In this document: piece by piece, positions 48,695-59,444 of the stretch
How the letters are laid out: each line of letters opens with the position of its first letter
Position numbering within the stretch: the first letter of the stretch is position 1
Assembly: GCA_965248695.1 (NCBI GenBank)
Contig: CBDFKD010000002.1
Location: forward strand, 3,872,001 to 3,936,000
Source: Acidobacteriota bacterium
Lineage (GTDB): Bacteria; Acidobacteriota; UBA890; WLXD01
DNA length: 64,000 bases
Direction: 5' to 3'
Notes under the pieces: generated by a model
What the model was told of the DNA's origin: nothing
Databases searched by the model: none
What the model saw: only the letters and a program-made list of their open reading frames with translations
Position numbers and translations under genes: made by a program

Positions 48695-51306
48695 GGTCGG
48701 TACAGGAACTCGTTGAGGTTGAAGACCAGATGGCAGAAATCGACCAGGCCGTCGGGGTTCTCGCGGATGAACTCTACGGCGTTGGCGAGCTCGGCGGGCT
48801 CGGCCGGTCGCCCTAATGCGATCTGGATGGCTCGATCGGCCAGCGCGTCGATGTGGTCACCGACCTCGGCCCGCAGGCGCTCGGCGAACCTGGTCGCTTG
48901 GAACGCCACCATCGGGTTGTTCATCAGGATCAACACCTGCGGCGCGATGGTGGTGCGATTGCGGCGGTCGATCGAGTTGATCAGGTTGGGCTGGTCGAAG
49001 GCCTCGAACATCGGATAGCGAATGCTGCGCTTGGAGAACACGTAGAGGCTGCGTCGCCAGGTGGAGGGATCAGTGTCCGGTAGCCCGGCCCAGTCGCGCT
49101 CCGAGCTTGCCTCGAACAGGTCGGGGTCGATGAACGGGAAGATCGCCGGCCCGCCCACAGTGCGATCGAGAGTTCCGGCGGTTGCCAGGATCGCGTCGCG
49201 GATGACCTCCGCCTCGAGGCGGACGCGCGGCATGCGCCACAGGTACAGGTTTTCCGGGTCGATCTCCACATTGCTCGGCTCGTCGGCGCTCGACATCCGG
49301 TAGGCGCGCGAGGTCAGCATGAGACGATGCATCGACTTCATGCTCCAGTCGCGCTCGATGAACTCCAGCGCCAACCAGTCGAGTAGCTCCGGATGCGTCG
49401 GCACGATGCCCATCTTGCCGAAGTTGCTGGGTGTGCGAACGATCCCCTCGCCGAAGTGGTGCTGCCAGAGTCGGTTGACCATGACTCGGGCCGGTAGCGG
49501 GTTGTCGGGATGCGTCAGCCATTCGGCGAACCCGAGTCGACGCCAGCTACTGTCGGCTTCTTCAGGGGCTTCCGCGAAGGGCCACTCGCCGTTCCATGCC
49601 ACGGTCAGCACGCCGGGGGCCATCTCTGAGCCCTTGGCTTGGGGGCTGCCACGATGCAAGAAGTAGGACGGCTCGGGCGTGCGCCCTTCCTCGCCGATGA
49701 CGCGCGCCGCCGGCAGGCGCTTCGGTTTGCTGGCCTCGAGGCGATCGATCTCTGCACGCACGGCCGAGTGTGCCAGGGCGACGTTGTGTGGCATCAACTC
49801 GACCACGTCGTCGGTGGTGATGATCCCCCGAAAGGCGTCGACCCCGAGACTGCGCGTCATCTGCGCTGCGTTGAGCCGCTGGCCCTCGGTGCGCTCGTCT
49901 TCCGGTGTGGACCAGGCCTCCTGAAGGTATTCGGGTAGCTTGACGATCTCGCGCGTGACGAGGACCCGGTGAAACGGCTCTTCGAGCGCTGCCTTGGCCG
50001 TCAGCAGCGGCGCGATCAGCTGCTCGAGTCGCTTGCGCTCCGCCCTGTTGGCCTCGATCTTCGGCGCCGGCGCGAGCGGATACGACGCCCGCACGGTCGG
50101 GTGGAAGATCGCCTGCATGCGGTAGTAATCCCTCTGCGCGATAGGGTCGAACTTGTGGTCGTGGCAGCGTGCGCAGCCCACCGTGACGCCCATGAAGGTG
50201 AGCGAGGTCACGGTGATGAGGTCGTCGAGCTCGTCGAGACGCTGGATCTCGCCGGGGCCGTCGTCCGCCTCGATGATCGCTGCCTCCGGGCCGACGCGCA
50301 GGAAGCCGGTGGCGACCATCGCCTCCTCGGACCCGAGTGCGTACTCGTCGCCGGCGAGCTGCTCCTTGACGAAGACGTCGTAGGGCTTGTCGCTGTTGAA
50401 CGCGTCCACCAGGTAGTCGCGGTAGCGGTACATGTAGGGGCGATCGCTGTCGAACTCGAAGCCGCCGGAATCGGCGTAGCGCGCCAGGTCCATCCAGTGG
50501 CGTGCCCAGCGCTCGCCGTAGTGGGGCGAGGCCAGCAGCCGATCGACGAGATGATCCCAAGCGTTCGGAGCATCGTCGGTGACGAACGCGTCGATCTCCT
50601 CGGGCGTTGGCGGCAAGCCGAGGACATCGAGATAGGCGCGGCGCACCAGGGTGCGGCGGTCGGCCGGGGCAGCCGGCGTGAGGCCGCGGGACTCCATCGC
50701 CGCCAGCAGGAAGGCGTCGATCGGGTTGTCGGCCCAGACCGGGTCACCGACCGCGGGCATCTCATGGCGGCGTGGCTTGACGAATGCCCAGTAGGCGCGT
50801 TCTTCGTCGGTGAACGGGCGATTCTCGAGGCGCTCGAGATCCTCCGGGCTGGCGCCGGCTGCCGGCGCGGCCTCGGGCACCGCCGCGAGCGAGCCGCCCG
50901 ACTCGATCCAGACGCGCACCAGCTCGAGCTCTGCGTCAGAGAGCTTCGTTCCCATCATCGGCATGAACGGCCGAGCAGTGCGGGCCACGGCGCTGAAGAG
51001 CCGGCTTCCCCCCGGATCGTGGGGCACTACCACCCGTCCGTTGTCGCCGCCGGCGAGGAGTCCTGCATCGGAGCGCAGATCCAGCCCACCGGCGAGGTCC
51101 GCACCGTCGCCATGGCAGCGGAAGCAACGATCCGCGAACAGCGAGTAGACCTGTTGCGCGGTGGCCTCGCCGGCCGCGATCGTGCGGCTGTCCTGATCCG
51201 CCGTACCGTTCGGGAGCTGGGCGATTGCGGTCCCATGCCCGAGGGCGGCCGTCACCGCCATCGTGACCAGGAACCCGGTCTGCCTACAAGAACGGTAGAG
51301 CCGCAT
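48691..51306 (-). CDS. Planctomycete cytochrome c + DUF1549 + DUF1553 (PSD1/PSCyt2) protein
   Basis: CFRCHG; NPIDAF; [19 protein letters not shown]; [12 protein letters not shown]; [15 protein letters not shown]; [10 protein letters not shown]; NLNEFLY. Confidence 0.9.
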   Translation of the reverse strand: MRLYRSCRQTGFLVTMAVTAALGHGTAIAQLPNGTADQDSRTIAAGEATAQQVYSLFADRCFRCHGDGADLAGGLDLRSDAGLLAGGDNGRVVVPHDPGGSRLFSAVARTARPFMPMMGTKLSDAELELVRVWIESGGSLAAVPEAAPAAGASPEDLERLENRPFTDEERAYWAFVKPRRHEMPAVGDPVWADNPIDAFLLAAMESRGLTPAAPADRRTLVRRAYLDVLGLPPTPEEIDAFVTDDAPNAWDHLVDRLLASPHYGERWARHWMDLARYADSGGFEFDSDRPYMYRYRDYLVDAFNSDKPYDVFVKEQLAGDEYALGSEEAMVATGFLRVGPEAAIIEADDGPGEIQRLDELDDLITVTSLTFMGVTVGCARCHDHKFDPIAQRDYYRMQAIFHPTVRASYPLAPAPKIEANRAERKRLEQLIAPLLTAKAALEEPFHRVLVTREIVKLPEYLQEAWSTPEDERTEGQRLNAAQMTRSLGVDAFRGIITTDDVVELMPHNVALAHSAVRAEIDRLEASKPKRLPAARVIGEEGRTPEPSYFLHRGSPQAKGSEMAPGVLTVAWNGEWPFAEAPEEADSSWRRLGFAEWLTHPDNPLPARVMVNRLWQHHFGEGIVRTPSNFGKMGIVPTHPELLDWLALEFIERDWSMKSMHRLMLTSRAYRMSSADEPSNVEIDPENLYLWRMPRVRLEAEVIRDAILATAGTLDRTVGGPAIFPFIDPDLFEASSERDWAGLPDTDPSTWRRSLYVFSKRSIRYPMFEAFDQPNLINSIDRRNRTTIAPQVLILMNNPMVAFQATRFAERLRAEVGDHIDALADRAIQIALGRPAEPAELANAVEFIRENPDGLVDFCHLVFNLNEFLYRP

Positions 51307-51608
51307 GAAGCCCTCAGTATGGGACGGTTCGCACCGACGCCACATGCTCGCGTGTGCGTTATCTGGAGTCAATCGAAGCTGGCTCGGCGGACCGGCCCGG
51401 GTCACGCCGGGCACGCGCGGTTGCGCGCCACGCCGGGCCGGGAGTACAAAGCAGCCCGACAGGCGGGATATCGCGGCGTGTGATGGCGCCGCGCACCCGG
51501 TCCCGCGACCATGCGGATCGGGACCCGGTCGAGCAACCACGTGGGCGGTCGCTGAACATTGGCCGTGCGCCTTACCGGATAGACGCCGTGTGGAATACCG
51601 GACTCCTG

Positions 51609-53234
51609 ATGCTTCTGATCGCCGGCCTGGGGGCAGCGCAGCCTACCGGGCAGACGACAGCCGATCTGATCCTGCGCAACGGCAAGGTGATCACCGTGGA
51701 TACGGCTGGGACGGTCGCCGAAGCGCTGGCGGTCGAGGGAAACCGCATCGTTGCGGTCGGATCCGATGAAGCGATCGGTGCGATGGCCGGATCGGATACC
51801 CAAATCATCGACCTAGGGGGTCGCGTCCTGCTGCCCGGATTCATCGACGCGCACAACCATGTCGAGGGAAGCTCGCATGGCGACGCGTTCCGGCTGCCGG
51901 TGGCGATCCCACCGCTCGAGACGGCGCAGGATGTGCTCGACACGGTGCAGGCGCGGGCGGCCGAGTTGCCGCCCGGTACCTGGATCGAGGGACAGGGCAC
52001 CTACTACCAGCCGATGCCGACGCGCGAGCAGCTCGACGAGGCGGTCCCGGACCACCCGGTACTGATTCGCTGGAGCGCCCACGACGTGGTCGTCAACAGC
52101 AAGGCGATGCAGGTATCCGGGATCACACGCGATACGGTCGCGCCGCCTGGCGGCGTCATCGAGAAGTATGCGAACGGGGAGCCCAGCGGGATCTTCCGCG
52201 ATGCCCGCGAGCTCCTCGACACCCCGATCCCGACCTACGAGGACACCCTGCGGGTGATCCCGCCGACTCTGACGAAGCTGTGGCTGGAGCAGGGCGTCAC
52301 TAGCGTCTACACGATGGACAGCCTCGAGGGCGTGCGCGCCTATCAGGAGCTGCGCGATGCCGGTAAGTTGCCGCCCGTCCGGCTTTCCATCTCGTTCTTC
52401 CTGCGCAGCTTCGACCTCGACGCGCTGCTGGCCACCGGCCTGCGCACCGGCTTCGGCGACGAGTGGTTGAAGATCGGCGGTATCAAGATCCTGTTCGATG
52501 GAGTGTGGGGCACCACGGCAGCGACCTACGCACCGGCGTACGGCACCACCGACAACTTCGGCAACCTGAGCCGCTCGCCCGAGCAGCTGCGCGAGGAGGT
52601 CGAGAAGGCGCATGCTGCTGGCTGGCAGGTCTGGATCCATTGCAACGGTGACCGGGCCCAGAACCTCGCCCTCGACGCGTTCGAGGCGGCGCTGGAGAAG
52701 CATCCACGCGAGGACCACCGGCATCGGATCGAGCACTTCGCCAACTTCATGGTCGACGACAAGATCCTCGACCGCATGGAACAGCTTGACGTCATCCCTG
52801 TACCGCAAGCGTCGTTCATCTGGCGAACGACCAATGAGCTGTTGCAGCAGCCGGGGCGACCGCGCCTCTACATCCTCAAGACGCTCATCGACCGCGGCTT
52901 TCGTCCCCCTGGCAATGCCGACTCGGTGGGTACCCAGCCGTTCTCGATCAACCCGATGTTCTCGTTCACGCGGGCGGTGCTGCGCACTAGCAAGTTCGGC
53001 ACCGAGGTCGATCCGGAGGAAGCCATCTCGGTGATGGATGCCATCAAGATGCACACCATCTGGGCGGCGTATTCGGGCTTCGAGGAGGACATCAAGGGCA
53101 GCCTGGAGGTTGGGAAGCTCGCCGATATGGTGGTCTTGAGCGACGATCCACGCAGCGTGTCACCGGATCAGCTGATGTCGATCAAGGCCGACCTGACGAT
53201 CGTCGATGGCAAGGTGGTGTACGAGCGGCGCTGA
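51609..53234 (+). CDS. Secreted amidohydrolase 3 (YtcJ-like); start uncertain
   Basis: ADLILRNGKVIT, PGFIDAHNH, KILFDG, IHCNGDRA, RIEH, GSLEVGKLADMVVL. Confidence 0.88.
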   Translation: MLLIAGLGAAQPTGQTTADLILRNGKVITVDTAGTVAEALAVEGNRIVAVGSDEAIGAMAGSDTQIIDLGGRVLLPGFIDAHNHVEGSSHGDAFRLPVAIPPLETAQDVLDTVQARAAELPPGTWIEGQGTYYQPMPTREQLDEAVPDHPVLIRWSAHDVVVNSKAMQVSGITRDTVAPPGGVIEKYANGEPSGIFRDARELLDTPIPTYEDTLRVIPPTLTKLWLEQGVTSVYTMDSLEGVRAYQELRDAGKLPPVRLSISFFLRSFDLDALLATGLRTGFGDEWLKIGGIKILFDGVWGTTAATYAPAYGTTDNFGNLSRSPEQLREEVEKAHAAGWQVWIHCNGDRAQNLALDAFEAALEKHPREDHRHRIEHFANFMVDDKILDRMEQLDVIPVPQASFIWRTTNELLQQPGRPRLYILKTLIDRGFRPPGNADSVGTQPFSINPMFSFTRAVLRTSKFGTEVDPEEAISVMDAIKMHTIWAAYSGFEEDIKGSLEVGKLADMVVLSDDPRSVSPDQLMSIKADLTIVDGKVVYERR

Positions 53235-53276
53235 TGGCACCGGATTCGCGAGCCCTCCACCAGGCAGATGCCCCGG

Positions 53277-53387
53277 TTATTGGCGGCGCTTGGTGCCAGT
53301 CGACCGAATCCAGCCGACCACGGTGGCGCAGACGGCCAGATAGACCACTGCGACGGAGACGTAGAAGACGAACCCCCACCAGCTCAT
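53277..53387 (-). CDS. 36-aa single-pass membrane protein (not in the ORF track)
   Basis: MSWWGFVFYVSVAVVYLAVCATVVGWIRSTGTKRRQ*; ATGA overlap with the symporter stop; GAGG upstream. Confidence 0.65.
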   Translation of the reverse strand: MSWWGFVFYVSVAVVYLAVCATVVGWIRSTGTKRRQ

Positions 53388-54823
53388 CCGGCCTCGACCT
53401 CTTCAGGGCGAAACACGCCGCTGGACGGCCAGTTCCGGGTCACGGCGTGAGCAGCGAACAGCACCACCAGATTGGCGATCACCGCGGCCACGACCGGTGG
53501 GATCCCGAACGGTTCGCCGAGGACTCGCGGACCCCAGACGAAGATCGTCGTCGCGCCGGCGACAATCGCCGGTAGAGCGGCGCGGGGGGCCACGCGCCGG
53601 TCCCGCGGCCCGCCCCACATCAACGCCACCACCAGCGGCGGAACGATGGTGGGGGCCCACAGGGCGTAGGTGTAGAGCAGTAGCTCGAACACGTCCGGGA
53701 GGCTCAGGGCAGCGGCGACTCCGGCGGCCCCGATGACCAGCGTGCTCACCCGTGCCGCCCACAGCATGCTTGCGTCGCTGGCGTCGCGCCGCAGGAACAT
53801 GCCGTAGATGTCGCGCGTGAAGATCACCGAGGCGTTGTTGAGGATCGAATCGCCGGTCGACATCACTGCCGCCAGCAGCGCCGCGAACACGAGGCCCTTC
53901 AAGCCGATCGGCAGGAAGTCGCGCACGATGGTGGTGAGCACGAGGTCGGGCTCCGTATCGCCGAGCAGCACGACACCGGATAGCCCCAGGGCGATCACGA
54001 CGATGGTGTAGAAGCCGTAGTAGCCACCGAAGAGCGTCACGCCCCAGCGCGTGTCAGAGGGGCTCCTGGTGGAGACGAAGCGTTGCACGAAGTACGGCGC
54101 CAGCAGCTCCCCGAGCAGGAAGGCCACGAAGATCGCGATGATCTGCGAGGTGGGCCAGGTTCCCGTGGGGCTCAGCATGGCCGGATCGAGCTGTGCCGTC
54201 AGCGCTTCGACGCCGCCTGCGGCTCGAACTGCCACCACCGCTGCGGTGGTGATACCGAAGGCGAGCACGATGAACTGCAGCAGGTCGGTATAGATCACCG
54301 CCCAGATACCACCGAAGCCGGTGTACAACACGGTCAGCAACGAGCCTGCGATCGTCAGCGGCACCAGCGGCAGGCCGGTAATGCTCTGCAGGATGCGCCC
54401 CATCGCCAGCAGCTGCACGCCGAACAGCGTGACGCTGTAGAGGAACGAGAACACCCCGGTGATCGCACGCCCGGCGCGGCCGTAGTAGAAGCCCATCGCG
54501 CCGCCGACGGTGTACAGCTTGCCGATGGCGCGTATCCGCGGCGCCAGGAGCGACCCTGAGAGGAGTTGCTGCAGCACGAAGCCGATGGTCGTCGTGAAGA
54601 CGACGATGCCGGCGAGATAGGTCTGCGAAGCGCGCCCCACGGTTGCGGCCCCGCCGGTCGAGGTAGCCGCCATGGTTGCGAACAGCAGGACGACCGGCAG
54701 ACGCCGTCCGGCGACCGCGTAGTCGGCGAACTTTCTCGTCTGTCGCATGGCGACGTAGCCCAGGCCGAGGACGACAACGAAGTACAGCATGAGGATCGTA
54801 AGGTCGATGCCACCCAGGCTCAC
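53384..54823 (-). CDS. Sodium:solute symporter (SSS) family
   Basis: DYAVAGR, YT.FGG.WAVIYTD..QF, QRF, AALLAAVMSTGDS. Confidence 0.92.
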   Translation of the reverse strand: MSLGGIDLTILMLYFVVVLGLGYVAMRQTRKFADYAVAGRRLPVVLLFATMAATSTGGAATVGRASQTYLAGIVVFTTTIGFVLQQLLSGSLLAPRIRAIGKLYTVGGAMGFYYGRAGRAITGVFSFLYSVTLFGVQLLAMGRILQSITGLPLVPLTIAGSLLTVLYTGFGGIWAVIYTDLLQFIVLAFGITTAAVVAVRAAGGVEALTAQLDPAMLSPTGTWPTSQIIAIFVAFLLGELLAPYFVQRFVSTRSPSDTRWGVTLFGGYYGFYTIVVIALGLSGVVLLGDTEPDLVLTTIVRDFLPIGLKGLVFAALLAAVMSTGDSILNNASVIFTRDIYGMFLRRDASDASMLWAARVSTLVIGAAGVAAALSLPDVFELLLYTYALWAPTIVPPLVVALMWGGPRDRRVAPRAALPAIVAGATTIFVWGPRVLGEPFGIPPVVAAVIANLVVLFAAHAVTRNWPSSGVFRPEEVEAG

Positions 54824-55203
54824 GAGCGTCGCTCGTCGGCGGGCGCGGTTGCGCGGAGGGCGATCAGGCCCATGCCGGCGATCACCAGCACCAGCCCACC
54901 GAGCTCACGTCCCTCTTCGACCTCGGAGCCCATCATCTCCCACGATTCGAAGAGGGCCGGGAGCGACGCGCCCACCACCTTCGGCAGGAGAGTGCCGGCC
55001 CACACGAGGGCGACGCTGCCCACGAGCGCTGCCGCGCCGGTGGTCGCAAGATCTCGCAGGGCGGCGAGTGCCACCAGCATCGCAGCCAGATAGATCGCCA
55101 GCCAGGCCCAGGGGTCCGGGTCGTTGATCTGCACGATCGCCGACAGCGCGTAAACCGCTGCCATCGTCCAGAGTGCGATGCGATTTCGGCGATTCTCGGT
55201 CAT
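54820..55203 (-). CDS. Transmembrane 220 (TMEM220-like) family protein
   Basis: VQINDPDP..W..IY and EEGRELGGL motifs; four hydrophobic segments. Confidence 0.75.
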   Translation of the reverse strand: MTENRRNRIALWTMAAVYALSAIVQINDPDPWAWLAIYLAAMLVALAALRDLATTGAAALVGSVALVWAGTLLPKVVGASLPALFESWEMMGSEVEEGRELGGLVLVIAGMGLIALRATAPADERRS

Positions 55204-55209
55204 ATGCAG

Positions 55210-56583
55210 CTACTGCTGTGGGCCGCCGTCCCAGTTCTGCACGCTCGAAACGTCGGGCATGCCCCAGGCGGCGCCGCTCCAGCCCTGAAACCCCTCCATG
55301 CGGAAGGCCCAGAATCCGGTGGTCATGTCGCTGATGACGATCAGCCCGTCGGCGTTGCGCACATCGGCCCCGAAGGCCCCGTTGTCGGTCGGGTACACGT
55401 CGGCGTTCTCGGGCCCGATGTAGGTGTCATAGAAGCCCACGGTCACCGGGTTGAACGGGTCCATGATGCTGAATACCTGCAGACCGTCCATGTAGCCGGA
55501 GACGAATACGAACGGCCAGCGAATCTCGTGGTTGTGCACCAGGTACTTCCAGTCGGCGGTCCATGCGGAGATCGGCACCGAGATATTCCTGACCTCACCC
55601 GTCAGCCCCGGCTCGAGATCGAAGATACGCAGTGGCGCGTAACGGTACTCGCTCTCGGCGACCACATAGCTGCCGTCTGGCGTCGGCGTGAACGTGTGGC
55701 CTCCGATGACTCCCTCGATTCCGGTCAACGAGACCAGCAGTGCCGGGTTCTCGAGATCGGTCACGTCGTACACGTAGTAACCGCCAGTGCCGGCGCCGTA
55801 GAAGCGATCCTGCTGGCTGTCGACGTGGTAACCGACATACATGTCGTGATAGCTCGAAAAGGGATCCGGTGAGGGCCCGGCCGGCACCTTGGCCACGAGC
55901 GCATCGGCCATCTTCCCCTCGACCACGTGGCCGAGATCGTAGACGTGTACCGACGAGTCCTCGGTGGTGGCGAACAACAGCACCCGGCCGTTGGTGTGCC
56001 GGTAGATAAAGATGTTGTGGAAGCCGCGTGGCTGGTCGGGAGCTCGGATCCGCGCTATTTCGCGCACCGTTGCTGGATCGGGAAGACCTGTGACGTCGAG
56101 AACGACGGCACCGAGATCGGTGTTCGGGCCACCCTGGCCGAACTGCAGGGACTGCACGACGTAGTAGCGGTTGTCCCATTTGAAGTACTTCACATCCATA
56201 CCGCCGGTATCGAGATGCAGGTCCTGATCTTCGATGCGCCAGCGATAGAGGACCTCGGGGTGCTCGGGGTTGGCGATGCTGATGATGTCGGTGCCCTTCT
56301 CCCCGACGTCTCCGTAGACCATGCGGGCGACGTAGGCGTAGGGGCGCGACAGCTCCTGTTCGAGCTCGATGTCGGCGACGCTGATGCGCGGTCCGAGCGG
56401 CAAATGCGACACGACGTGGACGTTGTCGCTGCCGCGTTTCAGCGGCGTCCACTGCTGGCCTCCGGGTCTCATGGCCGACGCCGATGCCGACGGCAGCGCG
56501 GCGCTCAACGCCAGGCCGGAGCAGGCGATCATCGCGCCGATCAATCCGAGTCGCCAGGCGCGCTCGGTGGTCATGGTGGGCAT
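55210..56583 (-). CDS. Secreted LVIVD-repeat beta-propeller protein
   Basis: Signal peptide; IISIANPEHP, VVLDVT, GFHN, YHD, VYDVTD, GHT, HNHE, GAFG. Confidence 0.75.
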   Translation of the reverse strand: MPTMTTERAWRLGLIGAMIACSGLALSAALPSASASAMRPGGQQWTPLKRGSDNVHVVSHLPLGPRISVADIELEQELSRPYAYVARMVYGDVGEKGTDIISIANPEHPEVLYRWRIEDQDLHLDTGGMDVKYFKWDNRYYVVQSLQFGQGGPNTDLGAVVLDVTGLPDPATVREIARIRAPDQPRGFHNIFIYRHTNGRVLLFATTEDSSVHVYDLGHVVEGKMADALVAKVPAGPSPDPFSSYHDMYVGYHVDSQQDRFYGAGTGGYYVYDVTDLENPALLVSLTGIEGVIGGHTFTPTPDGSYVVAESEYRYAPLRIFDLEPGLTGEVRNISVPISAWTADWKYLVHNHEIRWPFVFVSGYMDGLQVFSIMDPFNPVTVGFYDTYIGPENADVYPTDNGAFGADVRNADGLIVISDMTTGFWAFRMEGFQGWSGAAWGMPDVSSVQNWDGGPQQ

Positions 56584-56763
56584 CGCAGTCCACTTCCAGG
56601 ACGTCTTGACGAGCCCGACCCACGTGCCGGTCGGGCATCCGTTGTCGGACGGAACCGAGAGGCTACTCGCGCGTGGCGTGAAAGTCACCGCCCGCCTCAC
56701 CGCCGCCGGCGAAGTCTGGCAGACTCCGAGCAGCTCTGATCCGTATCACTCGGGGACCACACC

Positions 56764-57708
56764 ATGATCAAGCGCTTTCCAGGCCGGGCCGCAGTTACCC
56801 TGTTCTTGCTGACCGCCACCTTTGCTCCCTTCGCCGTGGGCTCATCAATGCTCGACGAAATGAAGATCGATGTGGGCGGCTTGGTGTTCGATGCGCTGGT
56901 GGCGGGACCCGAAGATGGACCCGTGGTGTTCATGTTGCACGGCTTCCCGCAGGCGGCGTTCGAGTGGCGTCACCAGTTGCCGGTGCTCGCGTCGATGGGT
57001 TTCCGCGTCATTGCGCCGAACCAGCGCGGTTACTCGCCGGGCGCGCGGCCCGAAGGTGTGGATGCCTACACCATCCCGAACCTGGTTGCCGATGTCGTCG
57101 GCCTGGCCGACGCGGTGGGCGCCGACACGTTCCACGTCGTCGGTCACGACTGGGGCGCGGCAGTGGCGTGGTTCGTGGGGTTGATGCAACCGGAGCGCGT
57201 GCTGTCGCTGGTACCCATCTCGGTGCCGCATCCGTATGCCTTCGGACAGGTGCTGGCGGACCCCGAAGGGCAGCAGGCGCAGATGTCCGGTTACATGGAG
57301 GTGTTTCGTTCCGAGGGGGCGGAAGACATGTTCTTGGCCAACGATGCCGCCATGCTGCGGGGTATCTACGGCGGTGCCGGGCTGTCGCCTGACGAGGTCC
57401 AGGAATACGTCGACGTGCTCGGTACTCGTGAGGCGATCGGGGCGGCGCTGAACTGGTACCGCGCCATGAACCTGCAGGCCGGCGCCGGGGAGGTCACGCC
57501 GATCTCCATGCCGACGATGTACGTGTGGAGCACTGACGACATGGCGCTTGGTCGTGAGGGTGCAGAGCTCACGGCCGACTTCGTGGAGGGGCCGTATCGG
57601 TTCGAGGTCATCGAAGGTGTGAGTCACTGGGTGCCGGAGGAGGCCGCCGAGCGCCTCAACGAGCTGCTGCAGGAACACTTTGCGCCGTTTGCCGCCAGCG
57701 ACTCGTGA
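56764..57708 (+). CDS. Alpha/beta hydrolase, epoxide hydrolase-like
   Basis: LHGFPQ, PNQRGYS, VGHDWGA, ALNWYRA, SHWVPEE. Confidence 0.88.
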   Translation: MIKRFPGRAAVTLFLLTATFAPFAVGSSMLDEMKIDVGGLVFDALVAGPEDGPVVFMLHGFPQAAFEWRHQLPVLASMGFRVIAPNQRGYSPGARPEGVDAYTIPNLVADVVGLADAVGADTFHVVGHDWGAAVAWFVGLMQPERVLSLVPISVPHPYAFGQVLADPEGQQAQMSGYMEVFRSEGAEDMFLANDAAMLRGIYGGAGLSPDEVQEYVDVLGTREAIGAALNWYRAMNLQAGAGEVTPISMPTMYVWSTDDMALGREGAELTADFVEGPYRFEVIEGVSHWVPEEAAERLNELLQEHFAPFAASDS

Positions 57709-57719
57709 ACGGCCGCAAC

Positions 57720-59435
57720 ATGAAGCGTCGCTTGGCGCTGCTCCTGACCGTGGCGCTGGCCATCACCAGCAGCGGCCCGTCGATCGCTGCTGAGGGCTAC
57801 GACCTGCTACTGGTCGGTGGACGGGTCCTCGACGGCACCGGCAACCCATGGCGCTACGCCGACGTCGGTATCGAGGACGGGCGCATTGTTGCGGTAGGGA
57901 GGCTCCGTGATGCGGCTGCCGATCGCGTAGTCGACATCGCGGGCAGCATCGTCGCCCCCGGCTTCATCGACATGCACTCGCATGCCGACGGTCCCGGCGG
58001 GGAGCGGAGCGGGCTACGGGCCGCCGATCCACACAAGCGCAGCGCGCCGAACCTGGTCAGCCAGGGCATCACCACGGTGGTAGTCAATCAGGACGGCGGC
58101 AGCCCCCTGTCGATTGCCGGCCAGCGGGCGACCCTGGAAGAGCTCGGCATCGGTCCCAACGCCATCCTGCTGGTGGGGCACAATAGCATTCGCCGTGAAG
58201 TGCTTGGTCCCGAGTTTCGACGCCTGGCGACCGATGCCGAGGTACAGCGCATGGCTGCCATGGTGCGCCGGGGGGTCGCCGAAGGCGCCTACGGCCTGTC
58301 AGCGGGGCTGGAATACGTACCAGGGCGCTGGAGCGACACTGCCGAGGTACGGAGCTTGGTGTCGACGCTGGCGGACACGGGTGGGGTGTACATCGTCCAC
58401 GAGCGTGCCTCCGGCGCCGACCCCATGTGGTACCTGCCGAGTCAGCACGAGCCCGGTCCGCCGACGATGCTCGACAACATCGTCGAGACGATCGATATCG
58501 CCGAGTCAACCGGTGTGCCCACCGTCGCCACGCATATCAAGGTCAAAGGTGCCGACTACTGGGGCTCGAGCGGCGCGATCATCAACCTGATGCGAACCGC
58601 GCGCGCGCGTGGTGTCGAGGTGTGGCTGGACCAGTACCCGTACGCAACCACCGGAAGCGACGGCAGCACCGTGCTGATCCCGCCCTGGGCGCTGGGCTAC
58701 GACCGCTGGGGCGAGGGAGGCGGCGAGTCCCGCGCCGACCCGGACTTTGCCGCCGCCTTGCGCAACGTTCTCGACGACGATGCCCTGCGGGTCGACCTGG
58801 TACGCGATATCCGCCGTGAGATCGCCCGTCGCGGTGGCGCCGAGCAGATCTTCATCTTCGAATACTCGGACCCGACGCAGGTGGGAAAGTCGCTCGCGCA
58901 GCTCGCCCGCGAGCGGGGGCTCGAACCGATCGAGGCGGCAATCGTGCTGCAGCTCGAAGGGTTCCCGTCGCGCCCGGGCGGGGCCCGCCTGCGCGGTTTC
59001 TCGCTCGCCGAGGTCGATGTCGAGGCCCTGTCGGCCGAGCCCTACACGCTCACCGCCTCCGATGCCGGCATCGCTGTGGTCGATGAGGAGCTTCCGGTCC
59101 ATGCCCGCTACTACGGGACCTTCCCGCGCAAGATCCGTCGTTATGCCATCGAGCTGGGCAAGCTGAGCGTGGCCGAGGCGGTACGCACGTCGACATCGCT
59201 ACCGGCGCAGGTCCTCCGGCTCAACGATCGCGGCCTGGTGCGCGAGGGCCTGGTAGCGGATCTCGTGGTCTTCGATCTCGACAGGATTCGTGATCGGGCG
59301 ACGTTCAGTGAGCCGCACCAGTTCTCCGAGGGCGTCGAGTGGGTGCTGGTTGGTGGGGAGCCGGTTGTCGAGGCAGGTCGGCTGACCGGGGCGCTTCCGG
59401 GCCGCGTGATCACGCTCGCCGATAGTGCGTTCTAG
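57720..59435 (+). CDS. Secreted N-acyl-D-amino-acid deacylase family protein
   Basis: Signal peptide; GRVLDGTG, PGFIDMHSH, QGITT, GAYGLSAGLEY, DQYPY, H.R.YGTFPR, DRG..REG..ADLVVFD. Confidence 0.9.
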   Translation: MKRRLALLLTVALAITSSGPSIAAEGYDLLLVGGRVLDGTGNPWRYADVGIEDGRIVAVGRLRDAAADRVVDIAGSIVAPGFIDMHSHADGPGGERSGLRAADPHKRSAPNLVSQGITTVVVNQDGGSPLSIAGQRATLEELGIGPNAILLVGHNSIRREVLGPEFRRLATDAEVQRMAAMVRRGVAEGAYGLSAGLEYVPGRWSDTAEVRSLVSTLADTGGVYIVHERASGADPMWYLPSQHEPGPPTMLDNIVETIDIAESTGVPTVATHIKVKGADYWGSSGAIINLMRTARARGVEVWLDQYPYATTGSDGSTVLIPPWALGYDRWGEGGGESRADPDFAAALRNVLDDDALRVDLVRDIRREIARRGGAEQIFIFEYSDPTQVGKSLAQLARERGLEPIEAAIVLQLEGFPSRPGGARLRGFSLAEVDVEALSAEPYTLTASDAGIAVVDEELPVHARYYGTFPRKIRRYAIELGKLSVAEAVRTSTSLPAQVLRLNDRGLVREGLVADLVVFDLDRIRDRATFSEPHQFSEGVEWVLVGGEPVVEAGRLTGALPGRVITLADSAF

Positions 59436-59444
59436 CACGGCCAG

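Noticed and set aside
51307-51608. 300-bp GC-rich intergenic region with possible hairpins (riboswitch or ncRNA)
   Set aside because: No recognisable aptamer consensus, and part of it may be the amidohydrolase N-terminus; an Rfam/Infernal search would decide
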